The translations under genes and the position numbers were made by a program. The notes under the pieces were generated by a model that was given only the letters and a program-made list of their open reading frames with translations, was not told the DNA's origin and searched no databases. Shown here piece by piece: positions 38,358-51,437 of a stretch of 64,000 nt of DNA (its first letter is position 1; every line of letters starts with the position of its first letter). The stretch is from Phoronis australis (lineage: Eukaryota > Animalia > Phoronida), in assembly GCA_002633005.1 (NCBI GenBank), contig NMRA01000080.1, positions 101,785 through 165,784 on the forward strand, in the 5' to 3' direction.

Positions 38358-38777
38358 ATGTCTGAATCTATTCGCGAGAAGGTTAAGCTGACCAATACTC
38401 TTGCGTGCCTACTTCAAGCTTTACAAGGTCAAGTTACCACCATAGAACTTCGAAATGAATCTTCAGTAAAGGGTCATATTGTTGATGTTGACTGTTACAT
38501 GAACACGCACATGTCCGATGTGGAATTCATCAACCCCAAGGGTCAAGTGACGCCACTGTCAACATTTTTTGTTCAAGGAAAAAACATTAGATTTGTTCAA
38601 ATTCCCTCGCACGTGAATATTATCAATGCCATGGAAAAACAGTTGAGGCTCATTGAGGGAAAGAATGCTTATAAACATTCGCGAAAGCCAAAAATGCTTC
38701 GCGGAAAACGTGCTGCAGATTTAACAGAAGTATCCTCGAGACCAGAAGTATCCTCGAAACCAGAAGCATCCAGCTAA
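38358..38777 (+). CDS. LSM10: U7 snRNP-specific Sm-like protein LSm10
   Basis: NTLACLLQALQGQVTTIELRNESSVKGHIVDVDCYMN (Sm1) and FVQGKNIRFVQIP (Sm2) match the LSm10 pattern. Intronless CDS, upstream tttaag acceptor (~38322), AATAAA at 39002. Confidence 0.93.
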   Translation: MSESIREKVKLTNTLACLLQALQGQVTTIELRNESSVKGHIVDVDCYMNTHMSDVEFINPKGQVTPLSTFFVQGKNIRFVQIPSHVNIINAMEKQLRLIEGKNAYKHSRKPKMLRGKRAADLTEVSSRPEVSSKPEASS

Positions 38778-41700
38778 TTGTCAGTCAAGCCATCACTCAA
38801 AATCCTGGCGATAGGTCAAGTACTTGATGCATATCCAAAGTACTTTTTCAGGGACCCATTTCACAATGATGCTGTTGTTACGAATTTGTGTGTATTGGAC
38901 AACAGCAGCCATCCATATTATTTGTCGTAAACCAGTACAATTTTCAAAACAGTTGAGAGATTTCTCAGCAGTTTTTTGGCTTGTTGTTTTCAATAACTAA
39001 CAATAAAATTTCTTAAGTGAAGGATCCTTCAGTGAAGGTAGAAAATTGTCATTTTTTGAAAACTTTCAAAACTTTTGGTGTCATAAGAGGTTCTCGCTCA
39101 TTTTAAAATGCGGTCTATGGGTGTTTAGAACAAGTTGAAACAGGTGCATAAACTTGCAATGCGACTTCAATTTTTAGCCTTAGCTTGGTAGACACTTTGA
39201 TGAGATTGATGAGAGGTTATCATACACGAGCATAGATTGTTCTACGGTACCTGCGACATGGTAAAATCGCACACGAACTACAGATACTATGTCCCGTCAC
39301 ATTTCAGATGCCACTTAGTGTCTGGCTAACTTTTATGGCAGATGTTGGTCATCGTCATTGCTGATACATAATGCGACATTCCTGCTTTCAGGGGATTTTG
39401 TCACGCATTGAAACTCGTCCAACACAGGTAACTCCCAACATTGGTTACTGTCCGTTACTCTGGGCACCAGCAGGGCCCTCAATACCTCGATTTGGGGGCC
39501 GAATATTGGCCCCATTCTTTTCTAAAACTATGAACAATGACTCAAAATTTATGGCTCAAAAATTCCCCTCAAGTAATTAAACAATTCCCCTCTAGGTTCG
39601 ACTCATTTGTAACTCACCAAGGTGACAGTTTGAAACAGTACGTGTTGTTTTGTCTACTTGAAGCAGAGCCTATGAGGGATATTGAAAGGGGTGGAGGTAC
39701 TGCTGACTAGGAGGGGGGTACTATTTTACCATCGCCCAAAAAATTCCTCTCAGAAGGCACAGACACTTTTCCCCCCAGTGAACTAGGTAAGGGTCCTGTC
39801 TTATTCAATGAAACTGTCCCAGAGGACATCAGTACATTACCTAAATCTACTGTGTTAATTTTGTGGACTTCTGAAAACGGTGATTGTCTTTTCTTGTTTT
39901 AGTTTCATTACTAAGTCGTTTGGCTTTATTATCATTTAACAAAGGGCTCAATTTTTAGTTATATTATTAGAAAATGTCATTAGACAAAGAGGAGCTCACA
40001 TTTAAGAAAAAATGAAAGTAAAGAACAATACAAATACACAAGATATTTCGGGAATTTAGTTGAGTCTCTATTTGGGAATGTTTCATGCAACCGGGCACTG
40101 AATCAAAATATGCATTGCTCAGCTAGTTTTTGGGACTTCATGACCAACTATTCACCGTAGTAGCCTCACACATAGTCTAGGTCTTCCTGCATGAAAAATT
40201 CACCGTAAAGACCAAACTGGTTTTAAAAATTACAAATTAATACTCTCACAGGAACAATGCAATGGTCAGAAATTTGTTACACCATTTCCCCACGAGTTTT
40301 AGACAGTGCCTCACAGGGACATTATCGTTTTCACAACACAAAATGCATTTTGATTATACTGATGTGAAGTTCTTTATGCAATATATTCACCATGGTTCAT
40401 CTCCGTATCCATTTATTATCAATATATTCATAAATCATAGTGAATTCAATCATACAATTTACAAAACAGTAGATGATAGTAATCAGTTATTTACAAAAGC
40501 ATAGCAAATGATGAAGGACATTTCAAAGGTATGAGTGAAAAGCATACACAAAGCAAAATGCATGTACATGGCTTTGTGCTCGTAATCCGTGACTTGGCTT
40601 CCTACTCGACTACTCACCAGACTGGAATAATTTAGTGTCCCTCATATAATTAACATACATTAATCAGGCAGTTTACCTTAAAAATATTTTATAAAATATA
40701 CATCATCCGGGTGAAGATTACTCGTACACATGTGATCAACATGACTGTAATTTGGGAGTCCTCCCAGGCCATTCAGAAACCGGTTTTGTATTATGACACA
40801 AACTTGTGGTATTGACATAAGAAACTACACCCAATTGATAAAAACAGCAACTAAGCAGCAACATATTGCCAAGTTTCGTCAACGACATTGAGGTACTTTT
40901 CATGACGAATTAGTGCCACAAAAATTCTCAAAACAACCAGCCGTTTGAAAAGAAAGTGTGGAATGGAACATACTAAGCTAACAAACATAATGAACCAGGT
41001 TCATTTAACTCACTTCCATCAACTCGTACTACTTTGATTGTGCGCTGAATAATCGATACATAGAGATGATCATAACAAAACTCGTCTCCAAGGCACATAG
41101 AGCGGACTTCTAAACTGCCAGCAAGTGTCGCCACTAGCAAAACAAATTGGAGCAAAACTGACTGGCACTCATGTCCAGTAGGCTTTATGCAGTAATCCAT
41201 ACACAAGGCCAACTGTAAGATTTTACAATTCACAATTAAGCAACCTTTTTTGGGTTTCGTTTGACACAAATGCCTTAAAGTTACAAATCTGTGTGGAAAG
41301 GCTATAGATTTTGATTTATGATTTCATTCCAATCTGCTATAAATCAAGTCGTATGACCATGTCTTTACAAAAATTAGCCAAAAAGTAAGGTACATTCACA
41401 GCAAAACAACAGTATCAATAACACCACCGAATTTCTATTGATATGTAAATATTCTGGATGAAATCTCAAAAATGCTATAGTTTTCTATATTATCTTATTT
41501 TCGTTACACGCTTTTTGATTTTTTCCAGAAAAATCATACAAGTCCTACTTCTGACAACCCTCATGCAAAAGTGGAGCCTTTTAAAGCAATTCCTGGCTGT
41601 GTTTTGGAGAACATCCTTTTAAAAAAATCTGATAATAAAACCATTTCTGAAATAGGGTATTCCACAGTTAGTCAAGTTTCCAGGGTCCTAAATACATTAA

Positions 41701-44079
41701 ATGGCGAAGCATTAACATGAACCAGTCGCAAAATGATCATCAGTGGTAACGGAGAGATCCTTCATGTAGTAATTTTTGTGAATTTAAACTGACATTGTAA
41801 TTATAACTTCTACCGGTAGCAATTACATGGTATTATCTGTTGTTTAAAAATACTTTCAGTAATTTAGAAGGTACGATATCACAGTCAATGTCGTGTTGAA
41901 CATACAACAAATTAGAAAATGTACACACACCTACAGTTGTGCAAATCAGTCGTAATTCTATCTCATAAAGCACAACGAATCGCAATGCGGATGAACTGGA
42001 ACACAACAGTGCTTTGCGAGAATGGCCAAACAGAATCTTTAGCTACCTCTACTGAAAGAGGAATAAACTAAATTACACACATTTAAAAGGCAACACAGTA
42101 TGACTGTACAGTTTATTTCCCCACCAATTTCACAAACAATTACCAAACCAGTAAGCAGGGGGTCTTTTGTTAACCAGTTTGCTCCACAGAATAACTGGTA
42201 TAAACTGGTTCTCAAAGTCCGTACACCTGTTGGTGACTATTGTCACTACTACGCCTACATATTAAGCGAAAGGTGTAAAGCTGTGTCCTTGTGAGCAGGG
42301 CCAACTTGCCCACGATCAGCTGAGCATCCACATGGTCATGAGTGTCACGACGCACGCACAGTACAGGCCAAAATTATTCAAACAAGACGACAGAATTCCC
42401 AATCTTGACGGCTGGGCGGAAGCCGAATTAATCGTCGGAATAGTCTTCCCACATGACGGGGAATGAAAAGTTAGTGAGGTGGCTAAGTCATTCTATAATT
42501 AGAATTTTGTCGCCCTAATATTTGTTACCAGTAACTTTGTTGTAAACAGAGCTAGCCGTCATAATGGGAAACCAACATTTTGTTTGATTACTTTTGACTT
42601 GTACTGTATCGCAACCAACGAGTAGCTGATGATCACTTTGCCTTGGCACTGCTTCTGTTGGAACGGAAACTTTGCTGGGACAAGTTGCCATAGCGGTGTG
42701 AAGTTGCGCCAATTTAGCTGTTGTCCACATGGTCACTAGTCACCAATGATCTTGCTCCTTGAGTTATTAGTAGAAGTCAAATGATTTAGATTTACATAAA
42801 ATAATTGCAGTGCTTACACATACCCTTTAACTACACCCAGATGCTGAGTTTCACAGACACGGAAACAAAATTAATCGATTAAAAATAAATCACATATTCA
42901 ACAAAGTTCCGGGCTGTGACATTCTCCTCCCACAAAAAGTGCACCATTGTAAAAAACACATAAAAGGACACTAAGCCCTGTTTTGCCGATTTCAACCAAT
43001 CCTCATTCTACCCCGACCTCGGCAACATTGGCGTCTCTCATGACTGATAAAACCAAAGTATAACTAAGTCACTGTGTCATAAAATGGAGACCATGATTCT
43101 TGTTGGGTGGTCTGTCCCCACAGCTGCCTTGTAACTGGCCCAATGTGTTAGTCACGCTTGCTGGTTTGGCAGACTTTGAAATAAGTTATCAACTTTGTTC
43201 CAAACTTTTTTGACAAGGGCCACAGAACATAGTTTCTTTTGATTTAGAGAGCTGGATGGGCAAGTTGTTAATTTTGTTAGCAGGCCAAAATCAGGTTTAG
43301 TGTCCTTTTAACTAGATACGCAAGTGCAATGATACTTGCATAACGGAGTGCGGTGACTTTTTCTTCACGGAGCCACATAAAATAAAACAACAGGAGTCTC
43401 AATATTCACTAGGCGACGCTAAAGAAAAAAGATACTCTTTTTGATATCAGAAACAACTGTAAACAGAAAGCTGTTGGCAGCCTTGAGGAAGCTGTGACAC
43501 TTCTAGTGCCATGCGACTACGAGAAAATATCATGGACGGTTGTCTCACAGGCACCACCTACTGAAGTTTGAGCTCATCATTATCAATAATAAAAACTGAC
43601 AATCCTATGACTTTAAAACATCCATTGTCGATGGTAAGTTGAATATTAAATGCTACTACAAATATTGACTTAGTTTTTCAATTCCAAAAGAGGGCGCCTC
43701 TTTCACAATAACACACTTTCAAGTGCTGCAAGAAGTAACACTGGAAATAGATGACGAATCTGGCTTCTTGATTGGTAGAAAGGTAACATTTGGATATTCC
43801 AATTGGTTGGGAGTTGAGAAATGCCTCATCGTGACTTGCGGCTGTTGCAACAACAACAAACTTGGATGAATTCCAGACAAGTTTGTGTTGGGTGGCCGCC
43901 AGGTGGCACAGAACACAAAAACATCAAATTGAAATGGAAAGGCATTCTTGTCTAATGTTAGGTTATTAATAATTTCATAAACACCCAACAAGGAAATCTT
44001 GACGATACAGAGGCAAAAACGTAAAACTGAAATCATTGTCCTCCGTAATCTCACCAAGAACACATCTTCAAATTTTCAT

Positions 44080-44800
44080 AATGATCCTTCAAACGGTTTT
44101 GCGGATAGAAACGTGGATGCCAAGAATTCGTAAAGTACAAAAATGGCCACCATGTGGCATAGAATACATCAAATTTGTCCTAAAATGACAAGGCATAGTT
44201 GTCTCCTTAATAGACCCCTATTTGTCACATTTGATGAAAAACCATCCAAGAGCTACGGAAATACAAAGGCATCCATAAAAAATATCCACTAGGGGGCACA
44301 GCGGTAGTTGGATCTGTTTGAAACACCTCATCCATCCATCATCGGCTCTATAGAAGCACATCTGCCAAATTTCACAAAACTATAAACTACCACTAGGGGG
44401 CACCAGAACTTGGAATTGTCTGAAAATCTAAGTCTTCCATGATCTTCTTATCAGGAAAACACATGCCAATTTTCATGATCTTTTGAGCAGCTTGCCAGAT
44501 GGAGAGGCAGACATCAAAAAACTAGAACTCAAAATTACAAAAAATAGCCACTAGGGGATGCAGACTCCATTGAAACTGTTAGAAATCATTCAAGAGAAAC
44601 ATAATTGCTGAATTTCATAAAAATCTGGAAATGGGCAGAAACTGAGACAAACATAAAAAACTAAAATTGCCTCTAGGGGGTGCACCAGTACTTGGATCCA
44701 TCCAATAATACGGCAACGTTATAGGAAAACATGCCACATTTCATAAAGATCCTGTAAGAGGCTTAGGAGATACAGCAGCAGAAACAGGATGCCTAGAGAT
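44080..44800. repeat. Degenerate interspersed element with ~105-160-bp internal repeats in the inferred ZDHHC 3' UTR
   Basis: Recurrent cc(a/t)ctagggg(g)c at 44286, 44390, 44548 and 44670, alternating with catgccaaatttcat-like motifs. Confidence 0.65.
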
Positions 44801-45069
44801 GACGGCAATATGCACCCACATATATTATATAAATGTAAGCACATGAAACTATTCACTTCTAATACTTTTCCAGCTTACTCTCTGACCATTTTTTCATCAA
44901 AACATCGAAAACAGAGCGTGTGCACTGATCACATGCACGCACACACAAAATTCTGCAAGTCAAAACACCATCCTTGCACAGAGCCACTATTGCAGAGTTG
45001 GCTGTGAGAACGAGTATAATTCACTGTGTGACATAGTAACAGCATACATATGGTAATTGAACCGATTAG

Positions 45070-45221
45070 CTATGACGCATCTGTATTCTCTTGAGCTCCT
45101 AACATTGGGGTAAGACTGCTAGTATCGACTGCACCACCAGATGTCTCCACTTGGATGATGGCAGAGTCTTGTAGAGGACCAGCCTTGGGGTTGGTGTCAA
45201 CTACATCATTAGCGTTGCTCC
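45070..45221 (-). CDS. ZDHHC14/18: ZDHHC palmitoyltransferase, probable terminal coding exon
   Basis: ttttgtttttag acceptor, phase 1 matching the exon at 50490-50547. GSNANDVVDTNPKAGP...QENTDAS, TAG. Low-conservation tail. Confidence 0.65.
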
Positions 45222-47967
45222 CTAAAAACAAAATTTTATCTAATTTAATAGTAACATAGGAATAAATGTCACATACACAAGTCTTGAATCCCTTCGAGAC
45301 TTAACAAATGAGCTTAGGAAGTACACTAAATGCTAATAAGTTGATGCACCAACGAATCTCTTTGTTTTTGTATCTCATTTTTAAGTTTGTAGCAACAAAT
45401 ACTCGTAATTACATGAGACAACTGGTCACTAAATGGCATGAATTTTTTGTCATTTTCTATGGAGTTTCAATGGACACTCGTAATCAAATTCGGTTCATTT
45501 TTTGAAAATGGTATTGGCCCTATTTCCGTATAAAATAAAAGTATTCCAAACGTGAACAATCACTGTTTAACGGGATAAAACAAGGCTATAACATCATTAA
45601 AGCTGTGCTTTGCAGTGTTTAGATGGCTAAAAACAAGAATTGGGCCTTATCCTTATGAAACTGGTTTTGTAATACTCCTTACCACAACAGGATTCTATTT
45701 CTTTACCAACAAAAAATCCAAACCATTAGCAACTCGAGAAAATGATTCAGGATTAACTGGCTTTGGCCAACCCTAAAAACGCAAATTTGAAAACGACGCA
45801 TATATGCACTGTCTGTGACATAAGTTGTGGGCTCAATACCGCCAAAATTGAATATCGGATAAGAGTGACAATGTTTTTAAACACCAAAGAACTTTGGTTA
45901 AAAATACAACATTGACAGCTCAACAGCGACGAAATGCCCCATTAACATATGGCTACAAACATAATACGTGAATTATACACCCACAAGTTCTCGCCTGGAC
46001 CACAAAGTATTTTTAATTAAATGTTTCAATTTGAAATTGTCAAAACTTTTTAATTCAGTTTCTTAAGATGCGCATCCACACAAAACAGTGTTGTATTTAG
46101 TTGACGTCCATCGGCACGCTGGCATTATACAATGAAGTTACTCCTGTCCATCATAATAGCATACAGTACAAGACAATAGTAATCGGACAAAACATTTTCC
46201 CATAATAACAGCTAATTTTGCTAATGGCAAAATGACTGGTAATGATCCATTGGGCAGCAAAATTCAAATTAAAAAATGGCCTAGACACTGTATTAGTTAA
46301 TTCCCCTTCATTCTTGGTCATGAGGGAAACCCACTCTGATGAAGAATTCGGCTTCCGACAACCCGTCATATGGGAAATTCTGGGCCATTTTATCTGAATA
46401 CTTTTGTTTTGTACTGTATGTGCGTATCACAGCCTGACGTCGACACTCTACACTTGGCCCATTAAAAAACTCAAGCCAGCTACATTCCTTATTCTCCAAC
46501 CCTGAATAAGGACACAACATGGTGGACAACTGAAATTTATTTTTTAAACACTTTTCTCAAAAAAGATGAACTTAAAGCTGCAGGCATAAACCCAGGTTAT
46601 GTCCAAGAAGTGAACCTTGATTTAGACAATTAACCTCAATAAAGCTGGTGTCAACATGTTTCTTACTCACATGAGAAGTGATTTCTGGGTCGCAACAAAG
46701 AGACTGCTCATTATTTCAAGAGGCCATGCTCGGTGCATAAAATGACATGCCGCAACAACACAACTTAAAGTATGGTCTCCAGCAATATGTAACTATGAGT
46801 TCCTTTAAGCCCCTAGAATCACCTCAAATTTGACTAAGATACAATTTGAAACCAATTTTTATAATCATGTTAAGTGGTCAAAATCAAAATTTTTTGAGAA
46901 CATGGAAGACGGGTTCATTGCAGTTTGAAATGCAACCAATTACTACATCAAGTACATGCAAGTTTCCAGACTCTTAAGTCAACTGCTCAATTTCCGTTCC
47001 TCTTAACACAGAGAGCACATGCAAACTGCTCCACAACACCAGCACGTCAATCTTTCTGAATGGAATGCTCACCGATTAAGATACTCTATTTGAGTATTTC
47101 TTGTTCGCACTATAAAATAGTTGATAACAGGAAATGAAAATAAATTTTGCAACAAGATGAGATGCAGAGATGAACTTCTTTGATTTAGACACCTGCAAAA
47201 CGGCTTGCCATGCGCTAAGAAGATAGAGACGGGGATCAACGTCTTCAGTTGTATGAACAAATAGGTCATTTTAAAATCTTGAATATTTTCAGGCAGAGCT
47301 TATAGAGACACACAAGTTGCAGAATCAACCTCAAAGCTTGGGGAATGAGAAGTAAACAACAGCGATCCTGTTGGCAATTAAGTCACAACACCTACTTAGC
47401 AGCTAAGCTGACAAATATGAGACAAATGGAGTAAGTAGCAATATAATTTTATGATGATGATCTGAAAAATCGAAAAAACACCAGTTTGGAGTTGACTTCA
47501 ACAACAAAAATGTGAAGTTATGAAAGCGTTTTAGAAAACTTGGTACTACAATTGGTTAAATTCAGCTTAACATCACAGTGTTCACCACATCAAAACTTCA
47601 AACTCGACTGGAATTACAAAATTCATGCACGTTTTTGAAAGTCCATGTCAATACTCTGATGAGCATTTATGGTAGGTTGGAATAAATGCATTGAAATGAT
47701 ACCAGAAGTCCAAAATGTCCTAATTTGCTAAAGAAATGGCCAATCTTCCAATACTTCAAACTCGTTGCATTGGGTTTTAAATGCGACACAAGCAAGCCAA
47801 ACTTGTCATGGGAAAACTCAAACTCAACGTAGTGTCGAGTTGAAACAGGTTATGGAGAACACTGCATCAGATCATCACCATTCATTATCTGGCTACAGAA
47901 TATATTATACATCCACTCAACTACAGGGAGGGAAATCGGAGACAGAGGCAAGGTGTCAGCGACTCAC

Positions 47968-48014
47968 CTCGGGGGGGCGCTAGTGTTTAACAAGTAAAGA
48001 GGTGGTAGAATTGC
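47968..48014 (-). CDS. Candidate alternative cassette exon of ZDHHC encoding GNSTTSLLVKH-stop
   Basis: cttttgtag acceptor, phase-1 compatible, TAG at 47982-47980, consensus donor GAG|gtgagt. Confidence 0.45.
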
Positions 48015-48451
48015 CTACAAAAGTCACGGCACATTAAATATACTGCAGAGTAGTAGTTCCGCTACAGTGAAAAGGATGGACAGAGAGAATCACTACTTTC
48101 TAAAATAAGCGCAGAACACACTGTCGGCAAACAACCACCGAATCGTATAACTCTAGGAACACACAGAATAATGGAGATTAGAAATCCAGTGGAAATAATT
48201 GTTCTGTTTTCACCCTAACTCGAACACAGCAGAGTTCTGTCGTTCAAAAATTATAAAATTAATGTAAACCAAATGGAGAGTTGAAACTGGTTCAAGTTCA
48301 CAAGGGGGTTTTGTCATTATCAAAATGGGTTAAAAATCCCCAAGTACTGTGTTCTCTACCCACTACAAGACTTCCTAAAACTGCTTTGATGGGTTAACAT
48401 AGTATCACTTCTAAACTCCATTGGAACCACAACATCTAGCCTATTTATATA

Positions 48452-48500
48452 GGAATGACATTTCGGTCGGTCATTTCTACGGCCCATCTTCAGGGGTCAA
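48452..48500 (-). ncRNA. Degenerate minimal type I hammerhead ribozyme-like motif
   Basis: Minus strand reads CTGAAGA-T-GGGCCGT-agaaatg-ACCGACC-GAAA-TGTC. Stem II has 2 mismatches and stem I is not evident. Confidence 0.35.
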
Positions 48501-50489
48501 GGCGTTCTCGCAAGAACAAGTACACTCATGTCGGTCAACTAAGCACACTTAGGAACTGTATTTTTCTTGCTGCACCACGGTCCACCCACTAAAGGCAAAT
48601 CAATAAGAACTATGAACAGAAAGCAATCGAAAGACCTGTGTTTGTTAGAAGCGCAGAGTGTTAGTAAGAAGAAATGGGTTTTACAAGGTAAACATGATAT
48701 CTAGGATTTCAGGGCTCAACATAATGAGCTGCAGGTTGCAGTTGCAACCTGAAATTTGGAAATGCGAGCTGAGATTTTGGCCAACTCGCTTTAGTTTTAG
48801 TGCGCGACATGGGAATCCAACCCGTGCAAGTTCTTTTACATCTTCCCCCCTAAGCGGGTGAAAACCATTATTCTGAAAGTACCCCTAGAGCGCCAGTTAA
48901 CTTAGTCGCCAAATGAAACCAGATAAAAACACTTGACTCGCCTGCCCTTATTCAGCCCCCAATACTTTTAAGCGAGATGCAATTAGTAAGTGCGACTTAA
49001 ACTCTAGAAATGCAACCTGGGATTTTCATCAGGCCACAAATGGCCGCCACCAGATTTTCGTAATTGTGTCCAGATCAGGACCTCAAATTAGGCAGATAAT
49101 ACAGCATAACTTATATGCCTGGCGGGACTGCAAGTTAAAACACTGCACAGTTTTTCGCAGCGCCATCTTTGAAAACTGTAAATTGTGGTCAATGTTTTGG
49201 GGTGGAACTCTCTTTTTTCGCTCTTCAACACGTCAAATAAGCAGCCCTAATTACGCGTGATAATAAATGGACCAAATGGAATTCTATGATTGCTTTAAGA
49301 GGACTTCCCATCGGCAAGCTGATTTATTCGAGTTTAAAAATGATTGTAACACGAAGCCCACAGACAACACGTTTTGCTAGGTCACTGCTGGCTACAACAC
49401 AGTAATGTCACATATGTCGTCATCTTCAAAACCCACTCTGATGACGGTCAAAGGAACAGTCCAGAACACAACTGCACATATGGCAGTTGTTCTGAAAACG
49501 GCAAGCTCTGCAACTCTCACAGTGAAGGGGAAATCTAGCACTTTTGTCGTTATCGAAACTGAAACTATCCAACTACTACAAATTGACTACAAGCAATGAA
49601 AATTAAATATTATTAATACATTAAAGACTTGTTCAGCTTTTAAATTGATTTAAGTTCTCCTGGCCATATCAACTTTAAGCACAAGAATTGTGAAATGACT
49701 TACGGTAAAAATTCTCGAATTTGGGACAGTCTCTAGAATTTGGGACACGGAAACGCCAACAAAACTGAATTAAATTTCTGGATTCTAGAATTGGGGACAA
49801 GGGAAATTTCTTAAGTTGTGTTTTCAATCTATAGAGTGGGAAATTTTGCCATCTTTCTATCGATTCTTGAATTTAGGACGGCCAATATCTGGGACAAACT
49901 CCGACCTTCAGCAAAATAACTAATCATTCACTGTCCACCAAAGTGGACAATTTTTATCATAGTCGTTCCCACAACTCTTATATAGGAACCAGACAAGAGG
50001 ATTGTAAGACTGACTACCTCACTTCACTAGACACCCGGGTAATAATTGGCAACAAAACAGTACTAAACACACTGCAGATACCTGTCTCGAAAGTAACCAA
50101 GGATTCAAATTTGGAAAAACCAAAAACTGAAAGCGTCTGACATTCCTCTTTAAGACTTGCTGTCACACAAAATCTCACACCACTGCAAATAATCATGTCA
50201 CTCTGGAGTTTGCTTCATAACATGTGACTGCATTTAAGACAGGAATTTGGTCTTATGTTACCGCTTCACAATCCCTGAATAAAGGTTTAGCTAAGTAATT
50301 ATGAGCGGAGCACAGTCTAGAAATAATTTACAGAAATTAGATCTCCAGTAACTAGCAGTTATGCGTATATTCGCAGAGACTGCGCTTTCACTTCAGTGAG
50401 ATTTAATCATTAATTTCAGAATTGGTTGTGTGGAGCGCAAGACCAAATTTATGAAACAAGACCGCTGAATACAGGCACAACGTCCTTAC

Positions 50490-50547
50490 CATTATACGGC
50501 TGCTCCACTATAGTCTGTTGCACTGCTCTGTTCTCCGAGTGGTTATT
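50490..50547 (-). CDS. ZDHHC14/18: ZDHHC C-terminal tail exon
   Basis: ctgttgtag acceptor, NNHSENRAVQQTIVEQPYN(G), G|gtaagg donor; phase 0 in, 1 out. Confidence 0.65.
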
Positions 50548-51292
50548 CTACAACAGTGATCACAGACATCTTTTTAATACACCTTAAGTGAAGTGACTTG
50601 AAACCCGAGACAGGAACTATTTCACATACAATCGAGTAATCTTCACATCTTGTGTGACTCATACCAGCCTCTTCCAAAAATTACATAATAAAAATTATAA
50701 TAACATCAAACAACTGAACCTTGTCTTCAAATTTCTTTCAATTACAGATTAGGCCATCCTCAAAGTTGCCGCACCTGAGTATGGCAAAAAGACAAGGAAA
50801 ATCAACTCCCCACAACTGCATATCCTTGCATTCTTTTATTAAAAATAATCCCGGGAAATATAATCGGCGTCCCCAGAAAAGTGAAACATTGCCAGTAGAA
50901 CGCCAATGGTCACAATGCATTAAAATTTTTGAGAACTCATAAAAATCTTGTGTGGTTTCAACTCCCAGAAAATTCAAAACCAACAAAAGATAGTAAAAAA
51001 CAGATTCAGCAATTCAAAAAAATTTTTGATACAACTACGACTTAGTCAAAACCAGTCATAGGTACACTGGAGACGTGCTGGGATAAACTATGAATTGGTT
51101 TTATCCAAGTATTGATATTTTAAATTCATGTTTCCCATTAATCTAAGCTCCAGAGGCTTCAGTGAACCACAACACAAGGTCACTAACAGACTATGGCTTC
51201 ACCAGAGGAGCTGTGTGTAATGGCTCACGAGTCACCATCACTACATATCTGCCAGCTACATCACTACATTCCTCCCTGACAAGACAACCAAC

Positions 51293-51437
51293 CTGATACT
51301 GGACAGTGGAGCCATAGTTATGGTCTACGGGCGGTATGTTAACGGCAACATTCTCTCGGAACTTGCTAATGCCATTCTTTCGATCATTCATCGCTGCTTC
51401 TTCTTCTGGTGTAACCACTTCTCGTAGTCCAAGAAGA
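51293..51437 (-). CDS. ZDHHC14/18: ZDHHC exon following the PaCCT-region exon
   Basis: aaaacag acceptor, (S)LLGLREVVTPEEE...STVQYQ, CAG|gttggt donor. Completes the conserved GPxxPSL motif. Confidence 0.8.

Noticed and set aside
38358-39100. U7 snRNA or histone stem-loop near LSM10
   Set aside because: No histone stem-loop or U7 Sm-site-plus-hairpin arrangement seen by eye.
42916-42928. gtgacattctcct, reverse complement of the 60779 element end
   Set aside because: Only 13 bp, faces outward relative to 60777, and has no TTAA.
47656-47710. CTGATGA-GCATTTAT...ATAAATGC-att-GAAA hammerhead-like motif on + strand
   Set aside because: Three extra bases separate stem II from GAAA, and there is no convincing stem I/III.
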